Origin: Candidatus Krumholzibacteriia bacterium
GTDB taxonomy: Bacteria; Krumholzibacteriota; Krumholzibacteriia; LZORAL124-64-63
Direction of reading: 5' to 3'
Assembly (NCBI GenBank): GCA_046484865.1
Contig: JAWOID010000061.1
Location: 15,802-79,801 of the forward strand
DNA length: 64,000 nt
This document shows positions 40,726 through 49,846 of this stretch, one piece after another (positions within the stretch are counted from its first letter, which is position 1; each line of letters starts with the position of its first letter). A program made the translations under genes and the position numbers. A model generated the notes under the pieces. That model worked only from the letters and a program-made list of their open reading frames with translations, ran no database searches and was not told where the DNA came from.

Positions 40726-43700
40726 TCACTTGACAAGTGCCAGCGCGCGCGTACGCGCCTCGCCGCCGACTCGCAGGCGGCACAGGTACGTACCCGCGGC
40801 CAGGGCCCTGCCGGCATCGTCACGGCCCCGCCACACGAACTCGTGCCGCCCGGGCGGCAAGGGCTCGTCGACGAGCGTGGCGATGCGGTGGCCGCGCAGA
40901 TCGAAGATCGCCAGGTGGACCGGCTCGGTGAGGTCACCCGGCAGCTCGAACGCGATGGTGGTCGCCGGATTGAACGGGTTCGGCCGCGCCGGCAACAGGC
41001 GCAGCCCGGAACGCGCCGCCGGCACGGCCGCGTCGACGCCCAGAGGATCGGGAAGGCCGTCGCCGTTCCCATCCACCGTCAAGGTCCAGACCGTGTCGAT
41101 CGTGGGCAGGACTGCGGCGGCGTTGCTGGGAGCCGAGTCGCCGCCCAGCGATCCCTGGGGCTCGGGATCCCAGCACAGGGACGCCACCAGCGCGATCTGC
41201 GCACCGGCCGGCACCCGCCCGTCGCCCAGGCCGTAGAGAGTGTGCCAGGGAATCGCCAGTTCGCTGCCGCCGGCGTCCCCATGGGCATGGAAGGAGTCGA
41301 AGGCCGAGATCAGCTCGCCCGAGCGGTCCAGGGTGGCGGTGGGCGACAGGATCTGCCACAGCCCGTCGCCATCGTACACCGACTGGTGCTGGTAGCAGCC
41401 GTACTGGAAGTCCGCCGCGAATCCGGCGGCCGTGAACACCGTCCCGCGCTCCCAGGAGTCGATCGCCGAGAGGTCGGTCTGGCCGTGGCCCGAGCCGGGG
41501 TCGACGTCCAGGTAGAGCAGCCACGAGTTCTTGGTGACGATCCCGTCCACCGCCAGATAGAGGTAGGTGCTGTCCCACCCCGCATGAAGTCCGTCGATCT
41601 CGTTGGCGGCGGTCCACGCGGAATCGTTCGAATCGTCGAGGGCGTGAGCGAACCCCCACTCGCCGGGCTCGAGGCGGCCGTCCACGGCGATGCGGGTGCT
41701 GACCACCGCCACCGCCACCGAATCGGCCGCGTCGACCGCCGGGCCGGGCACGCCGCCGACGTCGGTGGCGGCGCCCGCCGCGACGAGCAGGCGCAGGTCG
41801 CCGGGGGGCAGGGCCGCGATCGCGTCGCTGGTCGCCTGGTCGAGCAGGAACGTGAGCACGAAGGCGGCGGCGGTCTCGGCCACCGGCGTGGCCGGCGGCA
41901 GGGCGACCTCGGCCACGTCGTCGGCGTCGGCGTCGACGCCGAACCCGGCCGCCGAGATGCCGGCCGGAGCAGCGGTCTGATCGAAGGTGACCCGCAGCCG
42001 GCGCGCCCCGGCGTTGAACTCGGCCGCCACGGCGCCCGGGCCGATGGTGTCGACCAGCGCGTCGGCGAGGGCCCGCAGCTCGACGATCTCGCCGTCCGGG
42101 CCGGGCGCGGCCGTGGCGCCTGCGAACAGCCGCAGCTGCAGGGTGCCGCTGCCCTGGACCTCGTCGCCCTTCATGAGAGTGCCCGAGAAGTCGCGCTGGT
42201 GGGCGAAGCCGCCGTCGCCCACGATCCAGGCGGCCGTGACGCCCGTGTTCGGGTTGCGCTGCCCCATGTAGGCGGCGTCCGGCGCCCAGACCCGCTGCAG
42301 TTCGGCGTTCCAGACCAGGTCGACCAGCGACGGCGAGAAGCCCGCCTGCACCCAGTGGGTGGCCGGCCCCACGCGGTAGATCGCGTCCAGGAACCGGTCG
42401 CCCGGCGCGAGCACGATCTCCTTCGCCACCTCGGCGCGCGTGAAGCGCACCCGCGCCCGCGGGGCGCCGCCGGGGGTTCCCGCCTCGAGGATCTCGACCG
42501 CGTACGGGTCGTGCTGGTAGTTCGGGCTGACGTCGCTGAAGGCGCCCACGTGGTTGTCGTCGTTGTAGTCGGCCTCGGTCCCGCTCCAGTAGGCGTTGTC
42601 GACCCCGATCGCGGTGTCGTCCAGGCCCGCCCCGCGCACGAACAGGTGCGTGCAGCGGCCGCCGGTGGTCTCGAACACCGCGAGCAGGTTCTCGTTGTGA
42701 ACGACACATTCCTGGTAGCCGTCGTTGTCGACGTCCGCGAGATACGCGGCACAGCTCGCGAGGTACTCGCCCGCCGCCCAGTGCGCCGCCTCCGCGAAGA
42801 TCGACGCGTTCTTGATGTGCGCGCTGTACTTGTGCTGCCAGCCGGAGATCGGCCCGCCCATGGAGTCGTGCCAGCCGGTCTCGTGCAGGTTGGTCATCAG
42901 CACGTACCAGCCCGCCTGCGAGACGTTGTTGTCGGGCGCCGCCATGAGCGCGGCGAAGGCGTCGTTCCAGAGCGTGCCGTAGTCCTTGCAGTTGCCGCCG
43001 CCGGCGCAGCCGCCGCTGCCGTCGCCTCCGTTGGCGCCGGGGATCCAGCCCGCCCAGTGCGTGTACCAGCCGTTGTCCCCGCCGCCGTATCCACCGGTGC
43101 CGCCGATCTCGACGTACGTCCCCGGGGCGGGCGAGAACGTGTCGCCGGTGAAGTCGGGGTTGCCGAGCGCGTCGGCGAGCTTCCAGGTGTGCAGCCACGC
43201 GCTCTCGTCGTGGCACTTCTGCACGAACCAGTCGTAGGTCTCCTTGGCGAACGGGGTGACATCGGCCCACATGCCGATCTCCGCGGGCGCCTCCCAGTCC
43301 TCCGCGAACACCGCGATGCGGTACTGCCCCACGCCGGAGCCGGCGAGCCCGGTCAGGATGTCCAGCGCCCCCTGCCCGTTGCCGCCGATGATGTTGCCGG
43401 TGAACTGGCGGTCGCGCGGGATCAGCCGCAGGCCGTTCGCCGCCAGCGTGTGGATCTGGTGGTTGTCGTGGCCGGCCAGGTGGACGTCGTCGTCGAGGAT
43501 CACGCCCCAGATGCCGTGCGGCTGCCAGTCGTCGCCGATCCAGTCGCTCACGCCCGCGGACGGGTAGCCGCTCGTGTTCAGCCACACGCGCTCCGGGACC
43601 CAGGCCACGCGCGGCGTGTCGCCGTAGCGCGACGCGGTCATGGCAGCGTGGATCGATACCGACCAGTCGTTCATCGCGTCCTGGACGAACGGCATGATGT

Positions 43701-44694
43701 GCTGCCCGTAGGCCGACGCCACCATGCCGGCCCAGCCGGCGCTCACGCCGGTCGCGAGCCAGGCGTTGAAATCGAGCGGATCGCCGTTGTTCGCCGACCA
43801 CTCGGCCGCCGACTGCAGCGTGCCCGAGAGGTGGAAGTTGCCGGGCACGCCGGTCGCCTGGTGGATCTGCAGCGCCTCGTCGAACCCGGAGCCGTCGAGG
43901 GCGTCGGGGCGCCCGTGGAACACGTCGGTGTAGCCGAGCCCCTGGTTGCCGTGCAGGACGAGCGCGCAGTGCGCCTCGTAGGCCTTGTCGGGGGGGTAGG
44001 TGGCCTCGATGCGGTCGGCAATGCGGCTAGTTGAGCCGTCTGGGCCTTCGGTCGCGGTGGCGGCGTCCGGGTCGCCGGCGCTGCCGATCGCCGCGAGCAC
44101 GGACGTGGTCACGACCACGCGCAGGGGGGCGTCGGCGCGGGCGTCGTCCACCCAGGCGGCGGGCAGGGCCAGGCGGAAGGCGTCGGGGTCGCCGGGTAGC
44201 GCGGGGTCGCTGCCGAGCGCCTTCAGCGCCGCTGCATCGCCGTCGGCGCGGCGGATCGTGAACCGGTCGCCGTCACGCGCGAGTTCCAGCCGCGCCAGGG
44301 TCGCGAGGCGCCCTGCGGCGGCCTCGGGCCCCGCCTCGGCTGCCGCCTCGGCGCCGGCGGCGGCCCCCGCGGCGGCCCCGGCGGCGGCCTCCACCCGCAG
44401 TTCCACCACGGCGGGGACCTCGGACGCCGTAGCCGCGGCGGCGACGGGGGCCGTCACGTCGAGCGCGAGCAAGGAGACGCGCAGTTGCGGCCCCGCGGGC
44501 GTGTGGTGGAGGGTGAGCGCCAGCAGGTCCGCGGCGGCGGGTGTGTCCGGCTCACCGACACGATCCACGGCCAGGACGGTCACTGGCTCGCTCTCCGGTG
44601 TCTCGGCGGCTGCCGCTGGACCGGCGATCAGGGCGACGAGGCCGAGAAGTGCGGAGAATGGCAGAAACTGGAGAAAAGGGCAACGCGACGACAT
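40726..44694 (-). CDS. Secreted GH57-family alpha-glucan-active enzyme with DUF1926-like, DOMON-like and FlgD-like domains
   Basis: LHGNQ, NFHLSGTL, YGQHIMP, WVPERVW (nucleophile-type Glu), AEDWE (acid/base-type Asp), DVDNDGYQECVV..GG; PNPFNP CTD. Confidence 0.75.
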   Translation of the reverse strand: MSSRCPFLQFLPFSALLGLVALIAGPAAAAETPESEPVTVLAVDRVGEPDTPAAADLLALTLHHTPAGPQLRVSLLALDVTAPVAAAATASEVPAVVELRVEAAAGAAAGAAAGAEAAAEAGPEAAAGRLATLARLELARDGDRFTIRRADGDAAALKALGSDPALPGDPDAFRLALPAAWVDDARADAPLRVVVTTSVLAAIGSAGDPDAATATEGPDGSTSRIADRIEATYPPDKAYEAHCALVLHGNQGLGYTDVFHGRPDALDGSGFDEALQIHQATGVPGNFHLSGTLQSAAEWSANNGDPLDFNAWLATGVSAGWAGMVASAYGQHIMPFVQDAMNDWSVSIHAAMTASRYGDTPRVAWVPERVWLNTSGYPSAGVSDWIGDDWQPHGIWGVILDDDVHLAGHDNHQIHTLAANGLRLIPRDRQFTGNIIGGNGQGALDILTGLAGSGVGQYRIAVFAEDWEAPAEIGMWADVTPFAKETYDWFVQKCHDESAWLHTWKLADALGNPDFTGDTFSPAPGTYVEIGGTGGYGGGDNGWYTHWAGWIPGANGGDGSGGCAGGGNCKDYGTLWNDAFAALMAAPDNNVSQAGWYVLMTNLHETGWHDSMGGPISGWQHKYSAHIKNASIFAEAAHWAAGEYLASCAAYLADVDNDGYQECVVHNENLLAVFETTGGRCTHLFVRGAGLDDTAIGVDNAYWSGTEADYNDDNHVGAFSDVSPNYQHDPYAVEILEAGTPGGAPRARVRFTRAEVAKEIVLAPGDRFLDAIYRVGPATHWVQAGFSPSLVDLVWNAELQRVWAPDAAYMGQRNPNTGVTAAWIVGDGGFAHQRDFSGTLMKGDEVQGSGTLQLRLFAGATAAPGPDGEIVELRALADALVDTIGPGAVAAEFNAGARRLRVTFDQTAAPAGISAAGFGVDADADDVAEVALPPATPVAETAAAFVLTFLLDQATSDAIAALPPGDLRLLVAAGAATDVGGVPGPAVDAADSVAVAVVSTRIAVDGRLEPGEWGFAHALDDSNDSAWTAANEIDGLHAGWDSTYLYLAVDGIVTKNSWLLYLDVDPGSGHGQTDLSAIDSWERGTVFTAAGFAADFQYGCYQHQSVYDGDGLWQILSPTATLDRSGELISAFDSFHAHGDAGGSELAIPWHTLYGLGDGRVPAGAQIALVASLCWDPEPQGSLGGDSAPSNAAAVLPTIDTVWTLTVDGNGDGLPDPLGVDAAVPAARSGLRLLPARPNPFNPATTIAFELPGDLTEPVHLAIFDLRGHRIATLVDEPLPPGRHEFVWRGRDDAGRALAAGTYLCRLRVGGEARTRALALVK

Positions 44695-44739
44695 CGGGGC
44701 GACCTCGCAGGTGTTCGAGAGCATCGTTGCGCGCCCCCG

Positions 44740-44748
44740 ACTATATCA
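44740..44748 (-). promoter_or_regulatory. Extended -10 element for the GH57 gene
   Basis: TGaTATAGT on the minus strand ~46 bp before ATG 44694. Confidence 0.45.
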
Positions 44749-44936
44749 CAAACCGCGAGCTGTCTTGCGGGGATTGTGGCTGCGAAGTTCGTGGGTAGCG
44801 GGCTGTTGCGGAGACACACGCAAAGGTGGCGATAAGCGGTGGTACGGTGGGAGTCCCCCCGGATCGCGATCATGGCCAGACCGCTCGTCCTGGCCTCGGT
44901 CGAGACCGCCGTTCGCGAGGGGCGCACGCCGTCGAG

Positions 44937-44980
44937 CGATCCTCCGCCCCACCCCACCTTCTAACCCCTTGACGCTCCCC
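44937..44980. repeat. Direct repeat copy 1 (displaced 3' end of the malG-like gene; att-like)
   Basis: 27-bp identity CGATCCTCCGCCCCACCCCACCTTCTA with 47913-47939 plus a near-identical 16-17 bp extension. Confidence 0.85.
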
Positions 44981-45049
44981 GCCGCGCGTCGTTCCCCGCA
45001 GGGGAGGTCGCCGGCCTCGGAAGAACCTGCCATCGATCCATGGCTTTCG

Positions 45050-45058
45050 TGATATACT
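45050..45058 (+). promoter_or_regulatory. Extended -10 element for the LVIVD gene
   Basis: TGaTATACT ~63 bp upstream of ATG; GGAGG RBS follows. Confidence 0.45.
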
Positions 45059-45121
45059 CCGAACACCTCGCCCCGATCGCTCGCCCTCGCATGTGGATCA
45101 CGCCTGCCCTGGGAGGCCGCC

Positions 45122-47536
45122 ATGGTCGCCAGAATCTGCTTTTGGGCGATCCTCGTGTTCTCGATCTCGGCCGAGACCGCACGGGCCCTGCCAGCTACCG
45201 GTCTCCCCACGAACGGGACTGAGCTGGGAGCCGAACGCTGGTGCTACGACTACGCAGCGCACAACGGAGTGATCTCTCACGTCCGGCTTCCCTTCAAGGT
45301 CCACCAGCTGGCCGTCGACGGGAACATCGCGTACATGCTCCAGGAATGGCCCCCTGCGCTGAAGGTGATCGATCTGGCCCGGCTCGAGGAGCCCGTGGAA
45401 CTGAGCACCGTTCCGATGAGCGACTTCCCTAACCAGCTCTCCCTCGTGGACGGACGACTGTACGTCGGTTCGCAGCAGGGACTCCGGATCATCGACGTCG
45501 CCGTCCCCGGCGCACCGGTCATCCTCGGCTATCTCGAGCTCAACGCCATCTATGACTGGGTCGTGCGCGGCGACTGCATCTACGTGGCGAACGGATACCG
45601 TACATTCAGCGTGGTCTCCGTGGCGGATCCCGCCGCTCCCGCAGTCGTCGCCAGCTTACCTGTCGCGGGGACCGCGTGCGAGGTGCTCCTGCACGGCGAG
45701 CACGTGATCCTCTCGGATCGGCAATCCCTGCGGATCTACGACGTGACCACACATGACAGTCCGTTGCAGGTGGGGATGTTGGAGGCGGACTGGACCCCGT
45801 GGGACGCCGTCATGATCGGGGATCTCGCAGTCTTCGCTGCGCGCGACGCCGGCCTGCGGATCGTCGACGTCTCCGATCCTGCGCATCCGCGGGAGGGGCC
45901 GTCCTTCACCGGGATCGATTGCTTCCGGGTGGCCGGCGCCGGCGGGCACTGCTTCTTTTCCGACCCGGAGCGGGGTCTGGGCAGCGTCGACTTGACCGAG
46001 CTGCCCGAATTCGAACCACGCCCGTTCGTGACGTATTGCTCGGATGTGTACGCCATCATCCCTCGCGAGGATCTGCTGCTGCTCCAGGTGCGCAGCCGGG
46101 ATCTCGTGCTGTTCGATCCGCGCGTGGCTCCGCCTCGGCTGGTGCCGGAACCGCTGCTGCCTGACCTGGGGTTCACCCGCTGGAACCTGGTGTCCCACGG
46201 GGCATTCGTCTACGCCTCTTACCGGACGGGAGTCGCGTCACGGCATCAGCAGGGCATGGAGATCATCCATGCTCCCCCGGGACGAGCGGCCGTGACCATG
46301 TCGCGGGTCCCGCTGACAGCCGTGCCGTGTGCAACCGTGATCCGGGGCAACGTAGCGTATGTCGCCTCGGTGTCGGACGGCCTGGTGATCATCGACGTGA
46401 GCGACCGCGAAGCCCCGACGATTTTCGCACGGCTGGAACGATGGCCGGTTGCGGGAGCATCGGATGTGGACGTGGTCGGCGCGACCGCGTACGTGAGCAC
46501 CGCGATGGTGGGCAACTTGGACGGTCGCGTGGTGGCGGTGGACGTCGGCGATCCTGAACGTCCCCGCGTGCTGAGCAGCATCCCGATGGCCGGCAACGTG
46601 AATTTGGTGACTGCTGACGAGCACAGGATCATGGCCTACAACGCCAGTTTCCTGCGTATCCTGACGGATGAAGGCCGGACGAGCGGGGCCGAACATTCGC
46701 TGAGGCTGCGAGGCTCCATCCACCTGGACGAAGGACCGCCTCAGTCGTTGCTCATGCGGGGAGACGTCGTCTACGTCGCGACGACTCGTTGCGTCCACGT
46801 CGTCGACGTGTCCGATCCGGACGATCCTCGTCTCCTGAGCCGCTGGCTGCCTATCGACACCGATATGTATGTCACCCAGGCCGACCTGTGCGACGACATC
46901 CTCTATCTCGGCGCGCTCCGCCACGGGACCTCGATCGTGGACGTGAGCGATCCGAGAAGCCCGCAGCTGCTGGGCTTCATCCCGACCGACGCCAAGGTCA
47001 CGGGTGTGGCCGCCCGGAGCTTGCCGCCTGCGCCCGAAACCCAGGAGGGTCGGGTGATCTCGGACGGCCCGGGGCGCAGCCGCGGGGTTGCTCGACCGGA
47101 GCGGCTGTTCGTCAGCTACTACGACGGTGCCTCCGAGGCCTGGCCCATCCAGTGCTCCGGCCGATCGGTCCCGCCACCCGACGATCCCGTCCCGCCCCGG
47201 CCGCAGGCGACCTTGCGGGTCGATTGCAGCGGAGGCCTCTCCGGGATCCCCGGCACGTCGGCTTCCGCAGCGGTGGGGAACGCCGTGCTCACCGGGAATG
47301 GCCAGGCGACGATTCGCTTCGCGCTCGATCGCCCGCAGACCATCCGGTTGCGCGTGTACGATCTGGCCGGCCGGCGCGTCGCCGATCTGGCGGACGGCTG
47401 GCGCGCCGCCGGGCCACAGGTCGTGAACTGGTCCGGTCGCGACCGCCAGGGGCGGTCGGTCCCCAGCGGCATCTACCTGCTGCGGCTGGAAACCGCGTCG
47501 GGGACCCTCGGCGCCAAGCTGCCGGTCGTGCGGTGA
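45122..47536 (+). CDS. LVIVD-repeat beta-propeller protein with FlgD-like C-terminal domain
   Basis: Signal peptide; many G..AY/VY...GL.IIDVS.P..P repeats; VYDLAGRRV...W.GRD...SGIYL. Confidence 0.85.
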   Translation: MVARICFWAILVFSISAETARALPATGLPTNGTELGAERWCYDYAAHNGVISHVRLPFKVHQLAVDGNIAYMLQEWPPALKVIDLARLEEPVELSTVPMSDFPNQLSLVDGRLYVGSQQGLRIIDVAVPGAPVILGYLELNAIYDWVVRGDCIYVANGYRTFSVVSVADPAAPAVVASLPVAGTACEVLLHGEHVILSDRQSLRIYDVTTHDSPLQVGMLEADWTPWDAVMIGDLAVFAARDAGLRIVDVSDPAHPREGPSFTGIDCFRVAGAGGHCFFSDPERGLGSVDLTELPEFEPRPFVTYCSDVYAIIPREDLLLLQVRSRDLVLFDPRVAPPRLVPEPLLPDLGFTRWNLVSHGAFVYASYRTGVASRHQQGMEIIHAPPGRAAVTMSRVPLTAVPCATVIRGNVAYVASVSDGLVIIDVSDREAPTIFARLERWPVAGASDVDVVGATAYVSTAMVGNLDGRVVAVDVGDPERPRVLSSIPMAGNVNLVTADEHRIMAYNASFLRILTDEGRTSGAEHSLRLRGSIHLDEGPPQSLLMRGDVVYVATTRCVHVVDVSDPDDPRLLSRWLPIDTDMYVTQADLCDDILYLGALRHGTSIVDVSDPRSPQLLGFIPTDAKVTGVAARSLPPAPETQEGRVISDGPGRSRGVARPERLFVSYYDGASEAWPIQCSGRSVPPPDDPVPPRPQATLRVDCSGGLSGIPGTSASAAVGNAVLTGNGQATIRFALDRPQTIRLRVYDLAGRRVADLADGWRAAGPQVVNWSGRDRQGRSVPSGIYLLRLETASGTLGAKLPVVR

Positions 47537-47912
47537 CGAGCGCATTCGGGACCTAGGCTAGGGGTCCGCGACAGACGGTCGGCGGTCGCTCGGCTGGTGG
47601 CCGCTGCATGGGGTCGGCCGTTCTGGTCGGGGTTACGTCAGCGGCGGAAGCTCCGGCGGCTGGCCGGCTGTCCGGAGGATGGGAGAGACTCTATCGGCTC
47701 GGCCGAGCAGCGGTCCCGTGCCCGAGGGTCTCGAGTTGCTCGAGTTCCTCAAGGAAGACAGCACGAAGCTGCCCGGAAAAAGGGACGGGTTGGTCTTCTT
47801 CGTAGCGCCAGTCGATACCCTCTGAAGCCTGCCATGATCTTTTGGATTTTTGCCAGAAGCCTCTACACGCCCCCCTTCCCGTTTGGTGACAAGCGCGGCC
47901 TACCCCGTCCGT

Positions 47913-47955
47913 CGATCCTCCGCCCCACCCCACCTTCTACCCCTTCACACTCCCC
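47913..47955. repeat. Direct repeat copy 2 (overlaps the malG-like stop codon)
   Basis: Matches 44937-44980. Confidence 0.85.
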
Positions 47956-48920
47956 AACGTGAGCCCCGAGACCAGGAACCGGTTCAGCACCAGGAACAGC
48001 CCCACCACCGGAATGCACACCAGCAGCGAACCGGCGGCGTAGTTCGCCCACTCGGTCTGGAAGGTGGTGAACAGCGACTCCAGCCCCAGCGGCAGGGTCA
48101 TCCGGTCGGCGCTCGTGAGCATCACCCGGGCCACCATGAACTCGCTCCAGCCGGCCATGAAGCTGAACAGGCCGGTGATCACCAGGGCGGGGGCGCTCAG
48201 CGGTAGCGTCACGTGCAGGAACGCCCGCAGGCGGTCGCAGCCGTCGATCAGGGCGGCCTGGTCGAGGTCGCGCGGGATCGTGTCGTAGTAACCCTTCATC
48301 GTCCAGATGCAGAAGGGCAGCGCGGTCGCCACGTAGGCCACCACCACGCCCGCCAGCGTGTCTACCAACTGCAGCTTGCGCATCAGGAGATACAGCGGCA
48401 GCAACAGCATCGTCGCGGGGAACATCTGGGTCATCAGGATGCCCTGCAGCGCCGCGCCCTGGCCGCGGAAGCGGTACCGCGACAGCGCGAAGCCGCCCAG
48501 CGACGCCAGGCCGACCCCGATCAGCGCCGTCGACGTGGCCACGAGCAGCGAGTTGCGCATCCACAGCAAGAACGGCTTCTCGGTGAGCATGATGCGGTAG
48601 GCGTCGAGCGTGGCGCCCTCCGGAATCAGCCGCAAGCTCGTGGAGTAGAGCTGGTCGCCCGGCCGCAGGCTGATGGCGACGATCTGCATGATGGGGAAGA
48701 CCGCGAACAGCACGAAGATCCACACGCCCACGTGCACGGCCACCGCGCTCACGAAGCGGCGCCGGCGCAGGCGGGTCCGGCGGCGCTGCCGATCGGCGTC
48801 GCGGCGCGGGCCTTCCCGCTCCCCGCGACCTTGTCCTTCGTCCTGCCCCAGGTCCTGCCCCTGGTCCCGCACCGGCGGAACGAAACCGCGGGCCACGAGC
48901 GGGCCGCCGCGTCGCGTCAT
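47937..48920 (-). CDS. Maltodextrin/sugar ABC permease, MalG-like
   Basis: TQMFP, KGYYDTIPRDLDQAALIDG (EAA loop), ends GLTLGSVKG; ATGA overlap with upstream permease. Confidence 0.9.
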   Translation of the reverse strand: MTRRGGPLVARGFVPPVRDQGQDLGQDEGQGRGEREGPRRDADRQRRRTRLRRRRFVSAVAVHVGVWIFVLFAVFPIMQIVAISLRPGDQLYSTSLRLIPEGATLDAYRIMLTEKPFLLWMRNSLLVATSTALIGVGLASLGGFALSRYRFRGQGAALQGILMTQMFPATMLLLPLYLLMRKLQLVDTLAGVVVAYVATALPFCIWTMKGYYDTIPRDLDQAALIDGCDRLRAFLHVTLPLSAPALVITGLFSFMAGWSEFMVARVMLTSADRMTLPLGLESLFTTFQTEWANYAAGSLLVCIPVVGLFLVLNRFLVSGLTLGSVKG

Positions 48921-49819
48921 CGGTACGCCTCCTGCTCCGCCACGCGGCGGTAGCCCTGGACGATGAGCGCCAGCACCAGGAAGATGAAGACGCCGAACGC
49001 CGCCGCGTAGCCGTAGCGGTAGTAGAAGAACGCAGCCTTGTAGACGTAGGTCACGAGGATGTGCGACCGGTCCGCCGGCAGTCCTCCGTCCGTCACCAGC
49101 CAGATCACGTTGAGGTTGTTGAACGTCCAGATCGTCCCGAGCACCAGCGCCGGCAGGAGCACCGGCCTGAGCATGGGCAGGGTGATCGAGAAGAAGCGGC
49201 GCACCGGGCCGGCGCCGTCGATCTTGGCCGCCTCGTACAGTTCGGCCGGGATCGACTGCAGACCGCCCAGTGCCACGACCATGATGAACGGAAAACCGAG
49301 CCAGATGTTGGTGATGGTGGCCGCGGCGAAGGCCCAGAGCTCGTCGCTGAACCAGGTGACGGGGCCCGCGCCGACTCGCGCCAGCAGCAGGTTGATCGCT
49401 CCGTACTCGGCGTTGAACATCCCGCGCCAGGTCAGCGCCGAGATGTACTGCGGCATGGCCCACGGCAGGATCAGCAGCGCCCGGTACAGCGGCCGGCCGG
49501 GAAGGTGCTGGTTCAGCAGCAGCGCCGCTCCCAGTCCCAGGGTGAAGTGGAAGATCAGGTTGATCGTGGTCCAGGCGATCGTCTTGCCGAAGATGCGCCA
49601 GAAGTCGGGCTCGGTGAACAGCCTGCCGTAGTGCCGCAGGCCCACCAGTTCGGGGTCGCGGAAGTGGAACATGTTCCAGTTGGTCAGGGAGACGTACAGG
49701 TTGTAGAAGAACGGATACGCCACCACCCCCGTCAGCACCAGCGCCGACGGCAGCAGGAACCAGAAGGCCAGACGCACGTCGCGCCGCTCGCTCGCCGGCA
49801 TTCCTCGCGCCCGGGCCAT
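48917..49819 (-). CDS. Maltodextrin/sugar ABC permease, MalF-like
   Basis: LILPWAMP, NIWLGFPF, LQSIPAELYEAAKIDGA, YGYAAA. Confidence 0.92.
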   Translation of the reverse strand: MARARGMPASERRDVRLAFWFLLPSALVLTGVVAYPFFYNLYVSLTNWNMFHFRDPELVGLRHYGRLFTEPDFWRIFGKTIAWTTINLIFHFTLGLGAALLLNQHLPGRPLYRALLILPWAMPQYISALTWRGMFNAEYGAINLLLARVGAGPVTWFSDELWAFAAATITNIWLGFPFIMVVALGGLQSIPAELYEAAKIDGAGPVRRFFSITLPMLRPVLLPALVLGTIWTFNNLNVIWLVTDGGLPADRSHILVTYVYKAAFFYYRYGYAAAFGVFIFLVLALIVQGYRRVAEQEAYR

Positions 49820-49846
49820 GGTTCACGCCTCCTTCCAGCCGGTTCC

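Larger units (their letters stand above)
44937..47955. mobile_element. Putative ~3-kb inserted islet bounded by direct repeats (no integrase inside)
   Basis: Flanking ~44-bp direct repeat; single opposite-strand gene with visibly more A/T-ending codons. Confidence 0.5.

Noticed and set aside
47540-47910. Small ORFs in the AT-richer gap as integrase or transposase remnants
   Set aside because: No recombinase motifs in any frame
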